From a bacterium (GTDB taxonomy: Bacteria; UBP14; UBA6098): a stretch of DNA of 64,000 bases. The notes under the pieces are model-generated. The model was given only the letters and a program-made list of their open reading frames with translations. It did no database searches and was not told the origin of the DNA. Of this stretch, positions 1-10,606 are shown piece after piece. The stretch's first letter is position 1; each line of letters opens with the position of its first letter. The position numbers and the translations under genes were made by a program. The DNA lies in the NCBI GenBank assembly GCA_023145965.1, contig JAGLDC010000035.1, forward strand, positions 14,462 to 78,461. Reading direction: 5' to 3'.

Positions 1-840
1 CTCAATCGAAGGGCACTTGAATCTCTAGTTTGCGCTGGAGCTTTCGACTCATTAATCGACAACCGCGCCGAGTTAATGGCTTCAATACCGGAGGCATTGT
101 CCTGGGCTGCTAAAGCCAAAAACAGCGACATAGCGGCATCGGCGGGAGACCTTTTTGCCTCCGATGACACGCTAAAAAAATTCCCCGAACCCATTCATGC
201 TGAGCCGTGGAATAAAAAAACAACCTTAGATAAAGAAAAGGATGCCCTGGGTTTCTTTTTCAGTGGACATCCTTTAAATCGTTTCGTCGATGAAATATCG
301 GCATTCACGAATATAACAACATCTGAGCTTCAATCAAAAGGCGTTGGAACAGGCGTAGTTCTTATTGGAACTCTAGCTTCTCTGGAAAAAACAATTACGA
401 AAAAGAAAGATGAAATGGCCTATGGCACCTTCGAAGACCTCACTGGTTCAGCCTCTGTTGTGTTTTTTCCAGATACATATAGAAAATGTTCCAACTCTTT
501 AGAAAAAGACGCGATGTTTCTTATTCGTGGAAAATATCAGGAGGATAACAGGGGCAGTAAAATATTAGTGGAAGATGTTATCCCCCTTCAAAACGTCAGG
601 AATGAACTTGTAAATTGCCTCCACATCCGGCTTGATGCCGGTATTGCAACGGAAGAAATTGAAGAACTAAAAACGCTACTTAATAAACATGTAGGCGATA
701 AACGCCTTAAATTGCATATTGTCGGTAACGACCACACTTGGCGTGCAACAAGTTCGGAATTGGACAACACCGCAAGCAGAGAATTAATATCGGAACTGAG
801 GGAAATAATTGGGGAGGACAATGTATGGATAAGCAGTTAA
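1..840 (+). CDS. dnaE: DNA polymerase III alpha subunit, C-terminal portion (5' end outside the window)
   Basis: Frame 1 is open from base 1 (LNRRALESLVCAGAFDSLIDNRAEL...). The FFFSGHPL motif and the OB-fold/tau-binding tail are typical of the DnaE C-terminus. Stop codon at 838-840. Confidence 0.7.
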   Translation, partial: LNRRALESLVCAGAFDSLIDNRAELMASIPEALSWAAKAKNSDIAASAGDLFASDDTLKKFPEPIHAEPWNKKTTLDKEKDALGFFFSGHPLNRFVDEISAFTNITTSELQSKGVGTGVVLIGTLASLEKTITKKKDEMAYGTFEDLTGSASVVFFPDTYRKCSNSLEKDAMFLIRGKYQEDNRGSKILVEDVIPLQNVRNELVNCLHIRLDAGIATEEIEELKTLLNKHVGDKRLKLHIVGNDHTWRATSSELDNTASRELISELREIIGEDNVWISS

Positions 841-3053
841 TAGCTATAATAAGCTTACTATCGATGCTATTATTTCAGTCCTGTGCCTTTATGGAAGGTA
901 ATAATCCGCTACCAACCAAAGAAAACCCATCTACTGGAATAAAAGCTGAGGAAACTCGCGTCCCTGTTATTGAATTATCCGCCGAATTTAAATGTGATAG
1001 CGTCGCTGCGCACCGCATCTCTCGATTGAGATGGCACGAGGCTGCTAGCATTATTGAAAGAAAAACGTCACACTCTATTTTTGATGTTTATCTTCTCGCA
1101 CTCGCAAAATCTAATTTGGGCAAAGATAAAGAGGCATGCGCTTTATTCGGTATGTCAATATCCGACACCGCTAATCCTATACGCGATTATTTCGTTTTTG
1201 ATTATGCTGAGGCCCTTTTCAAGACAGATTCGATAGATAAATCCATCGATCTATTGAAAAATATCGAAAATCCGGTGCTTCAAGAGAAAGCCCTCGTTAG
1301 AATTTTCGAATACACCCATGAAAAACGCGATTCACAGGCTACATTTAGCGCCCTAGACACCCTAAATTTAGAATTTCCTAAACATTTCTCCAAAAATGCA
1401 CTTAAACTCGTTAAGGCTCGATTGCACGCTGAATTTGGCGATACTGCGAAAGCAGTCGAATTTTATAATTCTGTAATCAAGGGAAATTCGAGCTCGAATA
1501 CTGTTAAAGCCGCACGAGCGTTGGAACTGCTCGGAAAACTCACTGGAGATAATCTTTTTCTTGCAGGTAAAGCAGCAGTTAATCGAAAATTTTATTCCTC
1601 CGGCGAGGAATGGCTCAAAAAATACATTTCAAATGGCGGAAAGGCAAACATTGGTGAAGCCAGTTATCTTCAAGCAAGGGCTATTTCTCGAAGAGGAAGA
1701 TACAGCGAAGCTGTGGCTTTGTATAAAAAGATCATAAAAGAAAAACTTTATAATACAGCCTGGTGTAATTTGGGTATCGGATATTGCTTTCGCAAACTGA
1801 GGAGATATGACGAGGCCAAGGCTCATATTGACCTAGCTATTAAAGAAGGCTCAGGATCCAATGCCGAGGCCGAGGCCCTTTGGGAAGGCTTGGAATTGAG
1901 CGAAGACAGGGACGATTATATTATGGCCGCCGATTATGCTACGAGACTGGTAAATAAATATTCTAAGCACGACTTAGGAGACAATGGCGCTATGTGGTCG
2001 GGGTTAGCTAACTTCATTGAAGGCGATTTCTCGGCAGCCGCAGATCGCTTCGCGGTGATTAATAAAAAATACAGCGACAAGACCTTCACCGAAACCGGTG
2101 AGTTTTGGCGTGCATTATCCATGATAGCAAACGGCGACACCACCGGCTTCGAGATACTTCGCGAAGTATCTAATTCTTCTGTAAGGCACTATTACAAATA
2201 TTATTCTAAGGAAATCCTTACAGATTTAGCCTTGCCAAATCCGGCATCGAGCCACTCGAGCGATTGGATAACCTACGGGGAAGCTATTAACATTGCGCAG
2301 GCTTCTCTCTCCGAGCTCGGATATAATCAAATAATCCTTTCATTGGACTCACCGTCCGCAACTCGGGCAAAGCTACTCGCTCGATGCGGTCAGATAGATA
2401 GAGCGCAGGTCGAATTCCGCATATGGTCACAAGAACTGAAAATAAATCCATCTATGCGTCTAGCTATGTTGTCACTTGCTTATGATTGGGACTTAACCGC
2501 TCTTGCCTATCAAATCGCTCTCGCCCTCGTTCGTGACATGGGCGGATATGCTTCGGCACCCATCGATGTTATTCGTCTTGCCTATCCTACATTTTATTGC
2601 GATTTGGTTTTCTCCTCGGCCGAAAGAGAATCCATAGATGCCGGATTATTATTTGCGGTCATGCGCAGGGAAAGCATGTTTAACCCACATATAGTCAGTT
2701 ATGCCGGTGCTATCGGCCTTTTTCAGATAATGCCCCAAACAGGTGAAAATCTGAGCGTTCGTCTAGAGGAAAGCAAATATTTTTCGACCACCGACCTATA
2801 CGACTACGAAACATCGATTAAATATGGCGCGCGATATTTGGCAGACCTTTTGCGAGAATATGGATTAGCGGAATATGCATTGGCGGAATATAATGCCGGT
2901 CCCACACCCCTGAAAAGGTGGAAGGAAACACCACATGAAGATTATCGATCCGTATTTGTCGAGAGCATAGATTTCCTTCAAACACGGCATTATGTTAAAA
3001 ATGTGCTCGGTGATTATTTCGCATATAAAGAACTATGGGATAATAGCCTTTAG
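825..3053 (+). CDS. Lipoprotein with TPR-like helical repeats and a C-terminal soluble lytic transglycosylase (SLT) domain
   Basis: Start moved to ATG 825, which has GGAGG 6 nt upstream. Signal peptide with lipobox (LLFQSC). The C-terminus has the SLT signature ESMFNPHIVSYAGAIGLFQIMPQTG. It overlaps dnaE by 16 nt. Confidence 0.7.
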   Translation: MDKQLIAIISLLSMLLFQSCAFMEGNNPLPTKENPSTGIKAEETRVPVIELSAEFKCDSVAAHRISRLRWHEAASIIERKTSHSIFDVYLLALAKSNLGKDKEACALFGMSISDTANPIRDYFVFDYAEALFKTDSIDKSIDLLKNIENPVLQEKALVRIFEYTHEKRDSQATFSALDTLNLEFPKHFSKNALKLVKARLHAEFGDTAKAVEFYNSVIKGNSSSNTVKAARALELLGKLTGDNLFLAGKAAVNRKFYSSGEEWLKKYISNGGKANIGEASYLQARAISRRGRYSEAVALYKKIIKEKLYNTAWCNLGIGYCFRKLRRYDEAKAHIDLAIKEGSGSNAEAEALWEGLELSEDRDDYIMAADYATRLVNKYSKHDLGDNGAMWSGLANFIEGDFSAAADRFAVINKKYSDKTFTETGEFWRALSMIANGDTTGFEILREVSNSSVRHYYKYYSKEILTDLALPNPASSHSSDWITYGEAINIAQASLSELGYNQIILSLDSPSATRAKLLARCGQIDRAQVEFRIWSQELKINPSMRLAMLSLAYDWDLTALAYQIALALVRDMGGYASAPIDVIRLAYPTFYCDLVFSSAERESIDAGLLFAVMRRESMFNPHIVSYAGAIGLFQIMPQTGENLSVRLEESKYFSTTDLYDYETSIKYGARYLADLLREYGLAEYALAEYNAGPTPLKRWKETPHEDYRSVFVESIDFLQTRHYVKNVLGDYFAYKELWDNSL

Positions 3054-3065
3054 CCCGAGGATCAA

Positions 3066-4373
3066 ATGTTAAAGTGGATATTAATTGTTTTTCTAGTAGC
3101 CTCTTCAGTAGTCTTCACCGCCGAAAAAGGTCTTCAGACACTTGTTTATCCACCTTTTAAACATAGCTGGGGAGTTCATAAAGGCACCGAGGCTAAGCTC
3201 GACATGCTTCTCGGAAATGCTACGGATTTCGACAATCCACAAGGCCTTGCTGTCGCTCGCTTGAGACGAACCGATAACCCTAAAGATGACCGAGACGATG
3301 ATGAGCTTTCTGCTTATGGTGTCAATGCTGGAAAAGATCAGATCATTTATAACATAAGCATGTATAACCTAGCGATTTACGGCTCCAGCGGCTCAGGGAA
3401 AGACCAATTCAACAGTCCCCGAGGGATTGCAGTTGATCCCTCGGGAGATGTCTTCGTTTGCGATACCGGCAATCGTCGAATTGTTCATCTGATCCACCAA
3501 AAAAAAGGGCTCTCATGGGTTTCCGCTTTTGGTGATGAGATTTTAATCGAACCACACGATGTCTCGATAACCGAGTCAGGCACCCTTTTTGTAACAGACC
3601 ATTCTCGAGGAACTATAGACCTCTTCACCTATGAAGGTAAGCATATTCGATCCATCGATGGTCTTGTCCAACCACGCGGAATCGATGTGGATAATCCAGC
3701 TATTGTAAAATCCCGCTATGCTGAAAAGGCTATTTTTGTCATCGACGGCGATGGCGCTCAGCTTCGCAAAATAAATTATCAAGGGCAGGTTATAGCCTCT
3801 TTCGAAGCGACAAAAATTGGCGATGGAACAGCCAGTCTCAATTTCATCGCTCTGGATTTTTACGACAACGCATGGATTACCGATTCCATTAATTGCCAAA
3901 TACACAAATTCGATAATAAACTTAATTATATCACTAGTATCGGGGAATGCGGCGATAAGGATTACCAGTTCGAAAATCCCACCGGAATAGCTATCTGGAG
4001 ACGCTTCGGACAGGTTGTTATAGCTGAAAGCCATTCGGCTCAATATTTTTGGATAGGTTGCGATATCGCAGGTTTTGATGTCAGTATGAGCGAAAACAGA
4101 GAGGGCAATATTGACGCCAAAATCGATGTGACACTCACTGACCGGGGTTACGTAAGTATCCTTGTTAAAAAAGATGGCGTTATCGTGCGCGATTTTCTCA
4201 CCCATAAGCGTTTTCGCCAGGGTCTTCGCTCGGTCAAATGGGATTTGAAAGATAATGCCGGTCAGCAAATCCCCAGCGGCGAATACGAATTCGAGTTGAA
4301 ACTCGAACCTACATATTCCAGCTACGGTTACTTCGAAAAAATTATCACAAAGAAGGTTAAAATCGATGCCTAA
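3066..4373 (+). CDS. Secreted NHL-repeat beta-propeller protein with a C-terminal Ig-like (FlgD/T9SS-like) domain
   Basis: Signal peptide present. Classic NHL repeat SPRGIAVDPSGDVFVCDTGNRRIVHL plus further repeats. RBS GAGGA upstream. Confidence 0.6.
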   Translation: MLKWILIVFLVASSVVFTAEKGLQTLVYPPFKHSWGVHKGTEAKLDMLLGNATDFDNPQGLAVARLRRTDNPKDDRDDDELSAYGVNAGKDQIIYNISMYNLAIYGSSGSGKDQFNSPRGIAVDPSGDVFVCDTGNRRIVHLIHQKKGLSWVSAFGDEILIEPHDVSITESGTLFVTDHSRGTIDLFTYEGKHIRSIDGLVQPRGIDVDNPAIVKSRYAEKAIFVIDGDGAQLRKINYQGQVIASFEATKIGDGTASLNFIALDFYDNAWITDSINCQIHKFDNKLNYITSIGECGDKDYQFENPTGIAIWRRFGQVVIAESHSAQYFWIGCDIAGFDVSMSENREGNIDAKIDVTLTDRGYVSILVKKDGVIVRDFLTHKRFRQGLRSVKWDLKDNAGQQIPSGEYEFELKLEPTYSSYGYFEKIITKKVKIDA

Positions 4374-5721
4374 ACCAAAACTTGGAGAGAAAATCGAGGT
4401 TAAAATAGAATCCCCTGCATTTGGTGGTTTCGGTGTAGCTCGTCATGATGGTATTGTTATTTTCGTGCGTTATGCCTACCCCGGTGAGGTCGTCATTGCG
4501 GAAATAACTAAACGCAAAAAGACTGCGCTTTTTGCGGATCAGGTCGATGTTATCGAAGCATCGCAATACAGAAAAAAACCACCATGCGAGGTTTTCGGTA
4601 TCTGCGGTGGATGCTCACTACAAGACCTCGATTTCGAAGCCCAATTTTCGCTCAAAGTCGAGGTTGTCGAGGATTGTTTAAGACATATAGGTAAATTGCA
4701 AGACCTCCCTGAAATCGAGGAAATAAAGGCCGATAGTGAATTCCGTTATCGTAATAAGATGGAGCTTTCATTCGGTGAAAGCAACGGTAACATCTTCTTA
4801 GGTCAACACATACGCGGGCGCTTCGATAGACTTGTGCCCGCAGAGAAATGCCTTCTCATGTTGCCCATAGGTAATCAAATTGCCACTCATATCTCTATGG
4901 AAGCTAACCGCCTCGGCCTAGAAGTATATAACTCCTATCAAAATACCGGACAACTTAGGCATCTTACTCTGAGGTTCTCCGAAACCGAGGGAAAAGTTTT
5001 GGCCGGCGTAACGGTTAAAAAACCAGAATTAAATGATATTAAATTACTCATGGATTCGGCGCACAAGGCTTTCCCCGAACTTGCCGGTTCATTTGCTGTT
5101 GTTAACTCAAGCACAGGCGACACGGCAAAAGGAGAAGTTATTCCACTATTCGGTATCGATCATATCGAGGAGGAAATGCTTGGCCTTAGGTTCAAAATCT
5201 CAATGGCGAGCTTCTTTCAGACCAATACTCGCATGGCTCGTATGTTTTATAATAAGATTCTTGAATTCGCAGAAACAACTCAAAATGGTATCGCTTTTGA
5301 CTTGTTCTCCGGCACAGGAACAATTACACAGTTACTTTCGAAGAAATTCGAAAAAGTTATTGCTATCGAGAACGTAGAACAAGCTGTTATCGATGCTCGA
5401 ATAAGCGCAATAAATAACGGCATTAATAATACCAGCTTCATTTTCGGCTCGGTGGAGAAACAACTTCCAAAAATAGTTTTGGAATTTTCTCCAGAGCTAG
5501 TGGTGCTCGATCCTCCACGGAGCGGTGTAGCAAAAAAAATCCTCAATAAAATAATCGAATGCCAGCCAAACACAATTGTTTATGCCTCCTGTAATCCCTC
5601 CACGCTCGCGCGCGATCTTTCGATCCTCTCCAAAGCTTATTCAATCTCGCGCTTGGCAATAGTTGACATGTTTCCTCAAACCTATCATATTGAATCTATT
5701 GTTCGCCTCGAATTAAGATGA
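4366..5721 (+). CDS. rlmD: 23S rRNA (uracil-5-)-methyltransferase, RumA/RlmD family (TRAM + 4Fe-4S + SAM MTase)
   Basis: N-terminal TRAM-like domain (EVKIESPAFGGFGVARHDG...GEVV). Cys cluster CEVFGICGGCSLQ. SAM motifs DLFSGTGTIT and the DPPRSG catalytic motif. Confidence 0.7.
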   Translation: MPKPKLGEKIEVKIESPAFGGFGVARHDGIVIFVRYAYPGEVVIAEITKRKKTALFADQVDVIEASQYRKKPPCEVFGICGGCSLQDLDFEAQFSLKVEVVEDCLRHIGKLQDLPEIEEIKADSEFRYRNKMELSFGESNGNIFLGQHIRGRFDRLVPAEKCLLMLPIGNQIATHISMEANRLGLEVYNSYQNTGQLRHLTLRFSETEGKVLAGVTVKKPELNDIKLLMDSAHKAFPELAGSFAVVNSSTGDTAKGEVIPLFGIDHIEEEMLGLRFKISMASFFQTNTRMARMFYNKILEFAETTQNGIAFDLFSGTGTITQLLSKKFEKVIAIENVEQAVIDARISAINNGINNTSFIFGSVEKQLPKIVLEFSPELVVLDPPRSGVAKKILNKIIECQPNTIVYASCNPSTLARDLSILSKAYSISRLAIVDMFPQTYHIESIVRLELR

Positions 5722-5793
5722 TAATTATGCGTATTATGATTTATTATGAATTAATACTTGATTATATATTCTTGATTAGATAATTTAAAACAT

Positions 5794-6603
5794 ATGTATC
5801 CAAGCAACGAAATATGCCCCTGGAGTAAATTCAATCCGGCTACTTTTTCTTTTTGGGAGGAGCGTCTTTGCGCGTGGGTATCCGAACCAGCTAACACCTG
5901 GTCGAATTTAGCTTACATTAGTGTCGGTATTTCACTTCTTCTTTATTATAGCAAGATTCGATGGTCTCCGGTTAAATTCTTTGCATGGATATGCATACTT
6001 GTAGGCATTACTTCTGGTTTATATCACGCCTCTTGCACCTTTATGTTCCAATGTGCGGACCTCGGCTCTATGTTCCTTGTTGTCACTTTAATGCTCACTT
6101 TAAACCTTAGGAGAATTGGTCTTATTAAGCCACGCGAGGTTTATTTCTTTTTTTGGGGCAGTTTCATAACTTCCTTAGCTGTATTACTTAAATATAACTT
6201 CGCAGGAAGAATAATATTCATAATACTTTTAACTCTCAGTCTTGCTATCGAGGGATACCAATATATAACCAAAAGTGATTACAAAATAAAACCTCTAATC
6301 ACTGCTATTGTGATTTTTGCCGTATCATTTGTATTCTGGCAGCTAGATTTAAAAGGCCTAATGGCAAGGCACGATAATCACGTTTTTCAAGGACATGCTC
6401 TTTGGCATATCGTTAATTCTTTATCTTTTATCTTTTTATACAAATTTTATGACCAATTTGCCATACTATCGCCAAGACGATTAAAACTTATTGAACAAGG
6501 TTCTTCGACCGCCCACGAGTGGCTCTATGGCCGTTTAATTAGGAAAAGAAAAACACTGGATAAATCCATTAATAACACTATTTGTAATAATAGTATTATC
6601 TGA
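5794..6603 (+). CDS. Seven-TM membrane hydrolase, alkaline-ceramidase-like (CREST superfamily)
   Basis: Multiple TM helices. The N-terminal motif CAWVSEPANTWSNLAY resembles the ceramidase C..E...EP.NT.SN signature. Conserved His residues (YHASC, HALWHIVNS). Confidence 0.4.
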   Translation: MYPSNEICPWSKFNPATFSFWEERLCAWVSEPANTWSNLAYISVGISLLLYYSKIRWSPVKFFAWICILVGITSGLYHASCTFMFQCADLGSMFLVVTLMLTLNLRRIGLIKPREVYFFFWGSFITSLAVLLKYNFAGRIIFIILLTLSLAIEGYQYITKSDYKIKPLITAIVIFAVSFVFWQLDLKGLMARHDNHVFQGHALWHIVNSLSFIFLYKFYDQFAILSPRRLKLIEQGSSTAHEWLYGRLIRKRKTLDKSINNTICNNSII

Positions 6604-6804
6604 AAAACCTAGCTCTATTATGCTTAAAGACCTTGTTATAAAAAGCCGAAGCACTCGCCGTTTCAAAGAAGATTGTAATATATCCAGAGATACTTTCTCA
6701 ATTTTGTCAATCTGGCTAGGCTTGGGCCTTCTGCCGCTAATCGCCAACCTTTAAAATTCTTTATTTCTTTCACAAAATCGAAGAACATTATCCTCGAGTA
6801 GAGC

Positions 6805-7614
6805 TTAATTCAAATCCCTGAAGATTTCAATAAAATGATCCGGTGATTCGTCTTTACGAATACCCAAGCGGGTTATCGCAAAGTCATATTTTGTGGGATC
6901 TTCTGGGTTAATTTCGGAAAAGGCTTGTGTTATCTCGAGCGCTGTCTTTAGATTTACATTTCTACGCAAAGTAAACCCGATAGCCTTGCATATCCGGTGC
7001 ATATGAGTGTCTATTGGAACAATTAATTTCGAGAATGAAACACCATCCCATCCTCCAGGATCGACTTCATCTTTTCTTATCATCCATTTTAAATACAGGT
7101 TCATACGCTTGCAGGCACTATTTTTGTTTGGCGAGGAAAGCAGGTATGTGCATCGGTTTTGAAATACACAGGATAATCTCTCAACAAATCTTGCTAATGC
7201 TGGGAAGATATTTCTCTCATTCAAAGAATGACCTTTTAAAAAGCACTCATTAAGCGACCCAAAATCCAATATAGCTCGCTTTATACCAATTAAAAGAACT
7301 CCTAGCTCTTCCCCAGTGGTAAACCTGTGTTTAAAACCTTTTAGAATATTACGTAAATCATCATCGTTAACACTCATGAGAAATTCTCTAGGATGAGGAC
7401 CTAGCGATTTCAATGCCCTCCGCACGCTTTGGACTATTTGGGTCACTCTTCCATAGGCTAGGCCTGCCGCGATTAGACCGACAATCTCTCTGTCACTTAT
7501 CAAAGGGTATTCGAGAACAACCTCTAGCGGATCAGGACTAATATATTTTGAATGGTTATATTTTGAGTAAAGCTGCTCGAGGATTTCGAGTTTTGTTATA
7601 TTTGTGATATCCAT
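6805..7614 (-). CDS. Conserved hypothetical protein (resembles the DUF2400/TIGR02757-type family; uncertain)
   Basis: 269-aa ORF with good coding appearance, in a divergent arrangement with the M1 peptidase gene. Family assignment is from memory of LAYGRV-type motifs only. Confidence 0.3.
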   Translation of the reverse strand: MDITNITKLEILEQLYSKYNHSKYISPDPLEVVLEYPLISDREIVGLIAAGLAYGRVTQIVQSVRRALKSLGPHPREFLMSVNDDDLRNILKGFKHRFTTGEELGVLLIGIKRAILDFGSLNECFLKGHSLNERNIFPALARFVERLSCVFQNRCTYLLSSPNKNSACKRMNLYLKWMIRKDEVDPGGWDGVSFSKLIVPIDTHMHRICKAIGFTLRRNVNLKTALEITQAFSEINPEDPTKYDFAITRLGIRKDESPDHFIEIFRDLN

Positions 7615-7689
7615 CTCGCTGTAATTCTAGAAAATTCTCAGAAATAATCAAGTTAATTCAATAAATTGACAAAAATGCATTTTTTAGTC

Positions 7690-7717
7690 TTGACCGGTTG
7701 GTCATAATTACTATATT
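7690..7717 (+). promoter_or_regulatory. Candidate sigma70-type promoter (TTGACC-16-TATATT) for the M1 peptidase gene
   Basis: TTGACC at 7690-7695, 16-nt spacer, TATATT at 7712-7717. A GGAG RBS and ATG 7747 lie downstream. Confidence 0.3.
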
Positions 7718-7746
7718 CTGCTATCACATAAAAAAAGGAGCTGACG

Positions 7747-10326
7747 ATGAGATTCCTATTTGCCCTGACTATCCTATTCGCATTGGCCTTTTCCGTTATC
7801 GCCATACCCTTTACATCGGCTCCTCCCGAAATCCGCCATTTCGCGGAAAACCCAGAAGAAGCGGAAAGACTTGCGCCACTCGAACCAACTTATGAAGGCG
7901 GTTTCGATGTGCTGCATTATGACCTCGCCATCTCGTTTCAATACCCGACAGATCTACTTTCTGGACGATCCGGCATTATTGTCGAAGCGACTTCCTCAGC
8001 CGAATCGATCTATAATTTCCATATCGGCAGTAATCTATCTGCCGATTCTGTCTCAGTGAACAGCGAACCTGTGGCATTCTCGGTTCATTCGGACAGCATT
8101 GCTGTTTCACTCATTTCTCCTTCGACCATTAGTGACACTCTGCGTATCGATATTTATTACCATAATTTAACTGGTGCCGGTTATCAATCTGATGCCAATC
8201 GCTATGGAGAAATCATCGGCTACAGCCATTCCCAACCCAATGATGCGCGCCTTTGGTGGCCCTGTCACGATGTTCCCTATGACAAGGCAACCTTGCGTTT
8301 CTCTATAACAGTTCCGGGAACACTCGATGTTCTATCCAATGGTGTTTGCGCTGATACACTTTTTTTTGGAGACTCAACAACATATATTTGGCAAACCGAT
8401 TACCATATACCGACCTATCTAGTCGTCGTTGATATCGGCGAATTCGATATAGTCGATTTTCCATACTATTTCCCGATGGGGACTTATTGCTACCCGGGAG
8501 ACCTTTCAATCGTTAATACCAAGTTTGGTTATGTAACAGATGCAATGGCTGTTTTCGAGGAGTTATTCGCTCCTTACCCTTTTGAAAAATATTACATGTC
8601 CGTTGTGCCTCTTGGCTATATGGCCATGGAAAACCAAACAGCGACCAGCATGGGCGAATCTTACCTGTATGACGATGAATATTTCGTCGTTGCGCACGAG
8701 CTTTCTCACCACTGGTGGGGTGATGCTCTAACCTGCGGCACATGGAAAGATATTTGGCTTAACGAAGGCTTCGCTAGTTACTGCGAGGCGCTATATATTG
8801 AGCAAGCATATACCTGGGATGATTTTCGTGAATATGTCTGGAATGACCAAATGGCCTATATCACCTCATGGGAATTTAATTCTTTCCCTATATACGATCC
8901 ATATTATATGTGGGGTAGAACGGTCTATCAAAAAGGCGCAAGTATTTTAGATATGCTTCGTTTTCAAACCGGCGATAGTCTATTCTTCGACATCATCAGA
9001 GACTACTTCTCGCGCTATATATACTCTAGCGCTGTTACTACGGATTTTATTGAAGTTTGCGAGGATAATTATGGCGATTCGCTCAGTTGGTTCTTTGATC
9101 AGTGGGTTTACAGCGCACACACTCCAACTTTACAATGGCGCTATTTCACAGATTTAATCAATCCTTTCCCCGATGATTCAATTTCGAGAATGGTATTAGT
9201 TCATCAAGACGAACCTGCCTATCGCATAAAGTTTGGGTTAAGTGTGGTCAACGATGCTGGAAGTATAATTGAACGGTTATCCGCCACTGTGACAGAAAAC
9301 GACCAACCTATTCATATCAAGCATGCCTCCAACAATAATATTATATTCGACAACGACCACCGCGCGCTTTACGCTTATGGGTTTGATATAACAGACCCAA
9401 TCGCCGAAGTCACAGGGCGGGATGTCAAACTCGATTGGGAACCTTTCGAGGATTGGATAGATATCACACATACAATTCTGATGAAGGTTAACGCGACGAC
9501 TTTGGAATTCGATACCATCGCGTGGCCCTTAGATACTTTTGCCACTGATTCAGATGTTGATCCGGGCGTTTACCAGTATTTCATCGCTGGAATATGGGAA
9601 CATGATTCGGCTTTTGCCACATTCCAGACACCAGAAGAGCTCGTCACAGTGCCCGAAGCAGGAGATGAATTCTCTATTCCGGTTAACACAATTGCTATGC
9701 TCGATGATTCGGCGGTCTATAAAATCTATTACTTTCCGTTAATTCAAGAGTGTGATGGTTTTAGAATTAGCATAAAAGCTATTGTTGCAACCGACTCTTT
9801 CCAAATATACTCTTGCCGCGATTCGTTGCCCGAAATCCTCAGCGGTGTTGTTTCAGAATACGATTTTGTTGATTACGGTGATAATATTGAACCGGCTCGG
9901 ATCAGTTATACCACTTCTTCATCTCCCTCGGCGGAGCTATATCATATTTACTATTTCGTTGTTAAAACAGGCCGTCCTTCGGCAATATTCAATTTCACAA
10001 CAGAGTATTTAACAATGGATATTGACGAAAATGCCACTGTTAGACCAGAGGAAATAGATGTTACTATTTATCCAAATCCCTTCAACTCCGCAATTACCCT
10101 TTCGATTCTTGAAACAAGCAATTTAAAAGCATATAATCAGATCGAAACCCAGATTTTCGACATTTCCGGAAGGTTAATCGCCGATCTTGACATGCTCTCG
10201 AATAAAACTGACAACTCAATATCAATTATCTGGGAACCTGACGCAACTGTCGAAAGCGGAGTATATTTTGCCCGAATAAAAATCGACAATATTGTCGTTA
10301 ATAAAAGAATAGTGTTCCTGAAATGA
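7747..10326 (+). CDS. Secreted M1-family zinc aminopeptidase with a type-A T9SS C-terminal sorting domain
   Basis: Signal peptide. GAMEN-like YMAMEN motif. HELSH-X18-E zinc-binding motif (HELSHHWWGDALTCGTWKDIWLNEGFASY). The C-terminus (YPNPFNSAITLSI...GVYFARIKI...VFLK) matches the T9SS sorting-domain pattern. Confidence 0.8.
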   Translation: MRFLFALTILFALAFSVIAIPFTSAPPEIRHFAENPEEAERLAPLEPTYEGGFDVLHYDLAISFQYPTDLLSGRSGIIVEATSSAESIYNFHIGSNLSADSVSVNSEPVAFSVHSDSIAVSLISPSTISDTLRIDIYYHNLTGAGYQSDANRYGEIIGYSHSQPNDARLWWPCHDVPYDKATLRFSITVPGTLDVLSNGVCADTLFFGDSTTYIWQTDYHIPTYLVVVDIGEFDIVDFPYYFPMGTYCYPGDLSIVNTKFGYVTDAMAVFEELFAPYPFEKYYMSVVPLGYMAMENQTATSMGESYLYDDEYFVVAHELSHHWWGDALTCGTWKDIWLNEGFASYCEALYIEQAYTWDDFREYVWNDQMAYITSWEFNSFPIYDPYYMWGRTVYQKGASILDMLRFQTGDSLFFDIIRDYFSRYIYSSAVTTDFIEVCEDNYGDSLSWFFDQWVYSAHTPTLQWRYFTDLINPFPDDSISRMVLVHQDEPAYRIKFGLSVVNDAGSIIERLSATVTENDQPIHIKHASNNNIIFDNDHRALYAYGFDITDPIAEVTGRDVKLDWEPFEDWIDITHTILMKVNATTLEFDTIAWPLDTFATDSDVDPGVYQYFIAGIWEHDSAFATFQTPEELVTVPEAGDEFSIPVNTIAMLDDSAVYKIYYFPLIQECDGFRISIKAIVATDSFQIYSCRDSLPEILSGVVSEYDFVDYGDNIEPARISYTTSSSPSAELYHIYYFVVKTGRPSAIFNFTTEYLTMDIDENATVRPEEIDVTIYPNPFNSAITLSILETSNLKAYNQIETQIFDISGRLIADLDMLSNKTDNSISIIWEPDATVESGVYFARIKIDNIVVNKRIVFLK

Positions 10327-10517
10327 ATATCGTATTTCGCAAATAGTGGTTTTTTATGTGTTCGGCGAAAAGCCCTTGCGTTCTATATTTCATGAGTATT
10401 GAGTTTAAGTCAACTATAAACAGAATATTAAATTGCGAAAAGCCCCGATAAGATCATTTCTTGATATTACAAGCTGTCTAAAGACTGATAAAAGCCGACA
10501 ATGCCAGTTAAAATTCT

Positions 10518-10546
10518 TTGACTAATACACTAAAAATTTCTATATT
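10518..10546 (+). promoter_or_regulatory. Candidate sigma70-type promoter (TTGACT-17-TATATT) upstream of the GAF/GGDEF sensor gene
   Basis: TTGACT at 10518-10523 and TATATT at 10541-10546, in a 280-bp AT-rich intergenic region. Confidence 0.3.
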
Positions 10547-10606
10547 CATAAGATTTAATTTAAAAAATTATCAAATAAAAGAAAGCTAAAGCGAGTCTGA
10601 AAAACT

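Noticed and set aside
738-824. Upstream 29-codon extension of the transglycosylase ORF
   Set aside because: Overlaps the dnaE 3' end. The ATG at 825 has a GGAGG RBS and begins a lipoprotein signal peptide.
3576-4268. 230-aa minus-strand ORF
   Set aside because: Lies entirely antisense within the NHL-repeat gene. Low-complexity shadow ORF without motifs.
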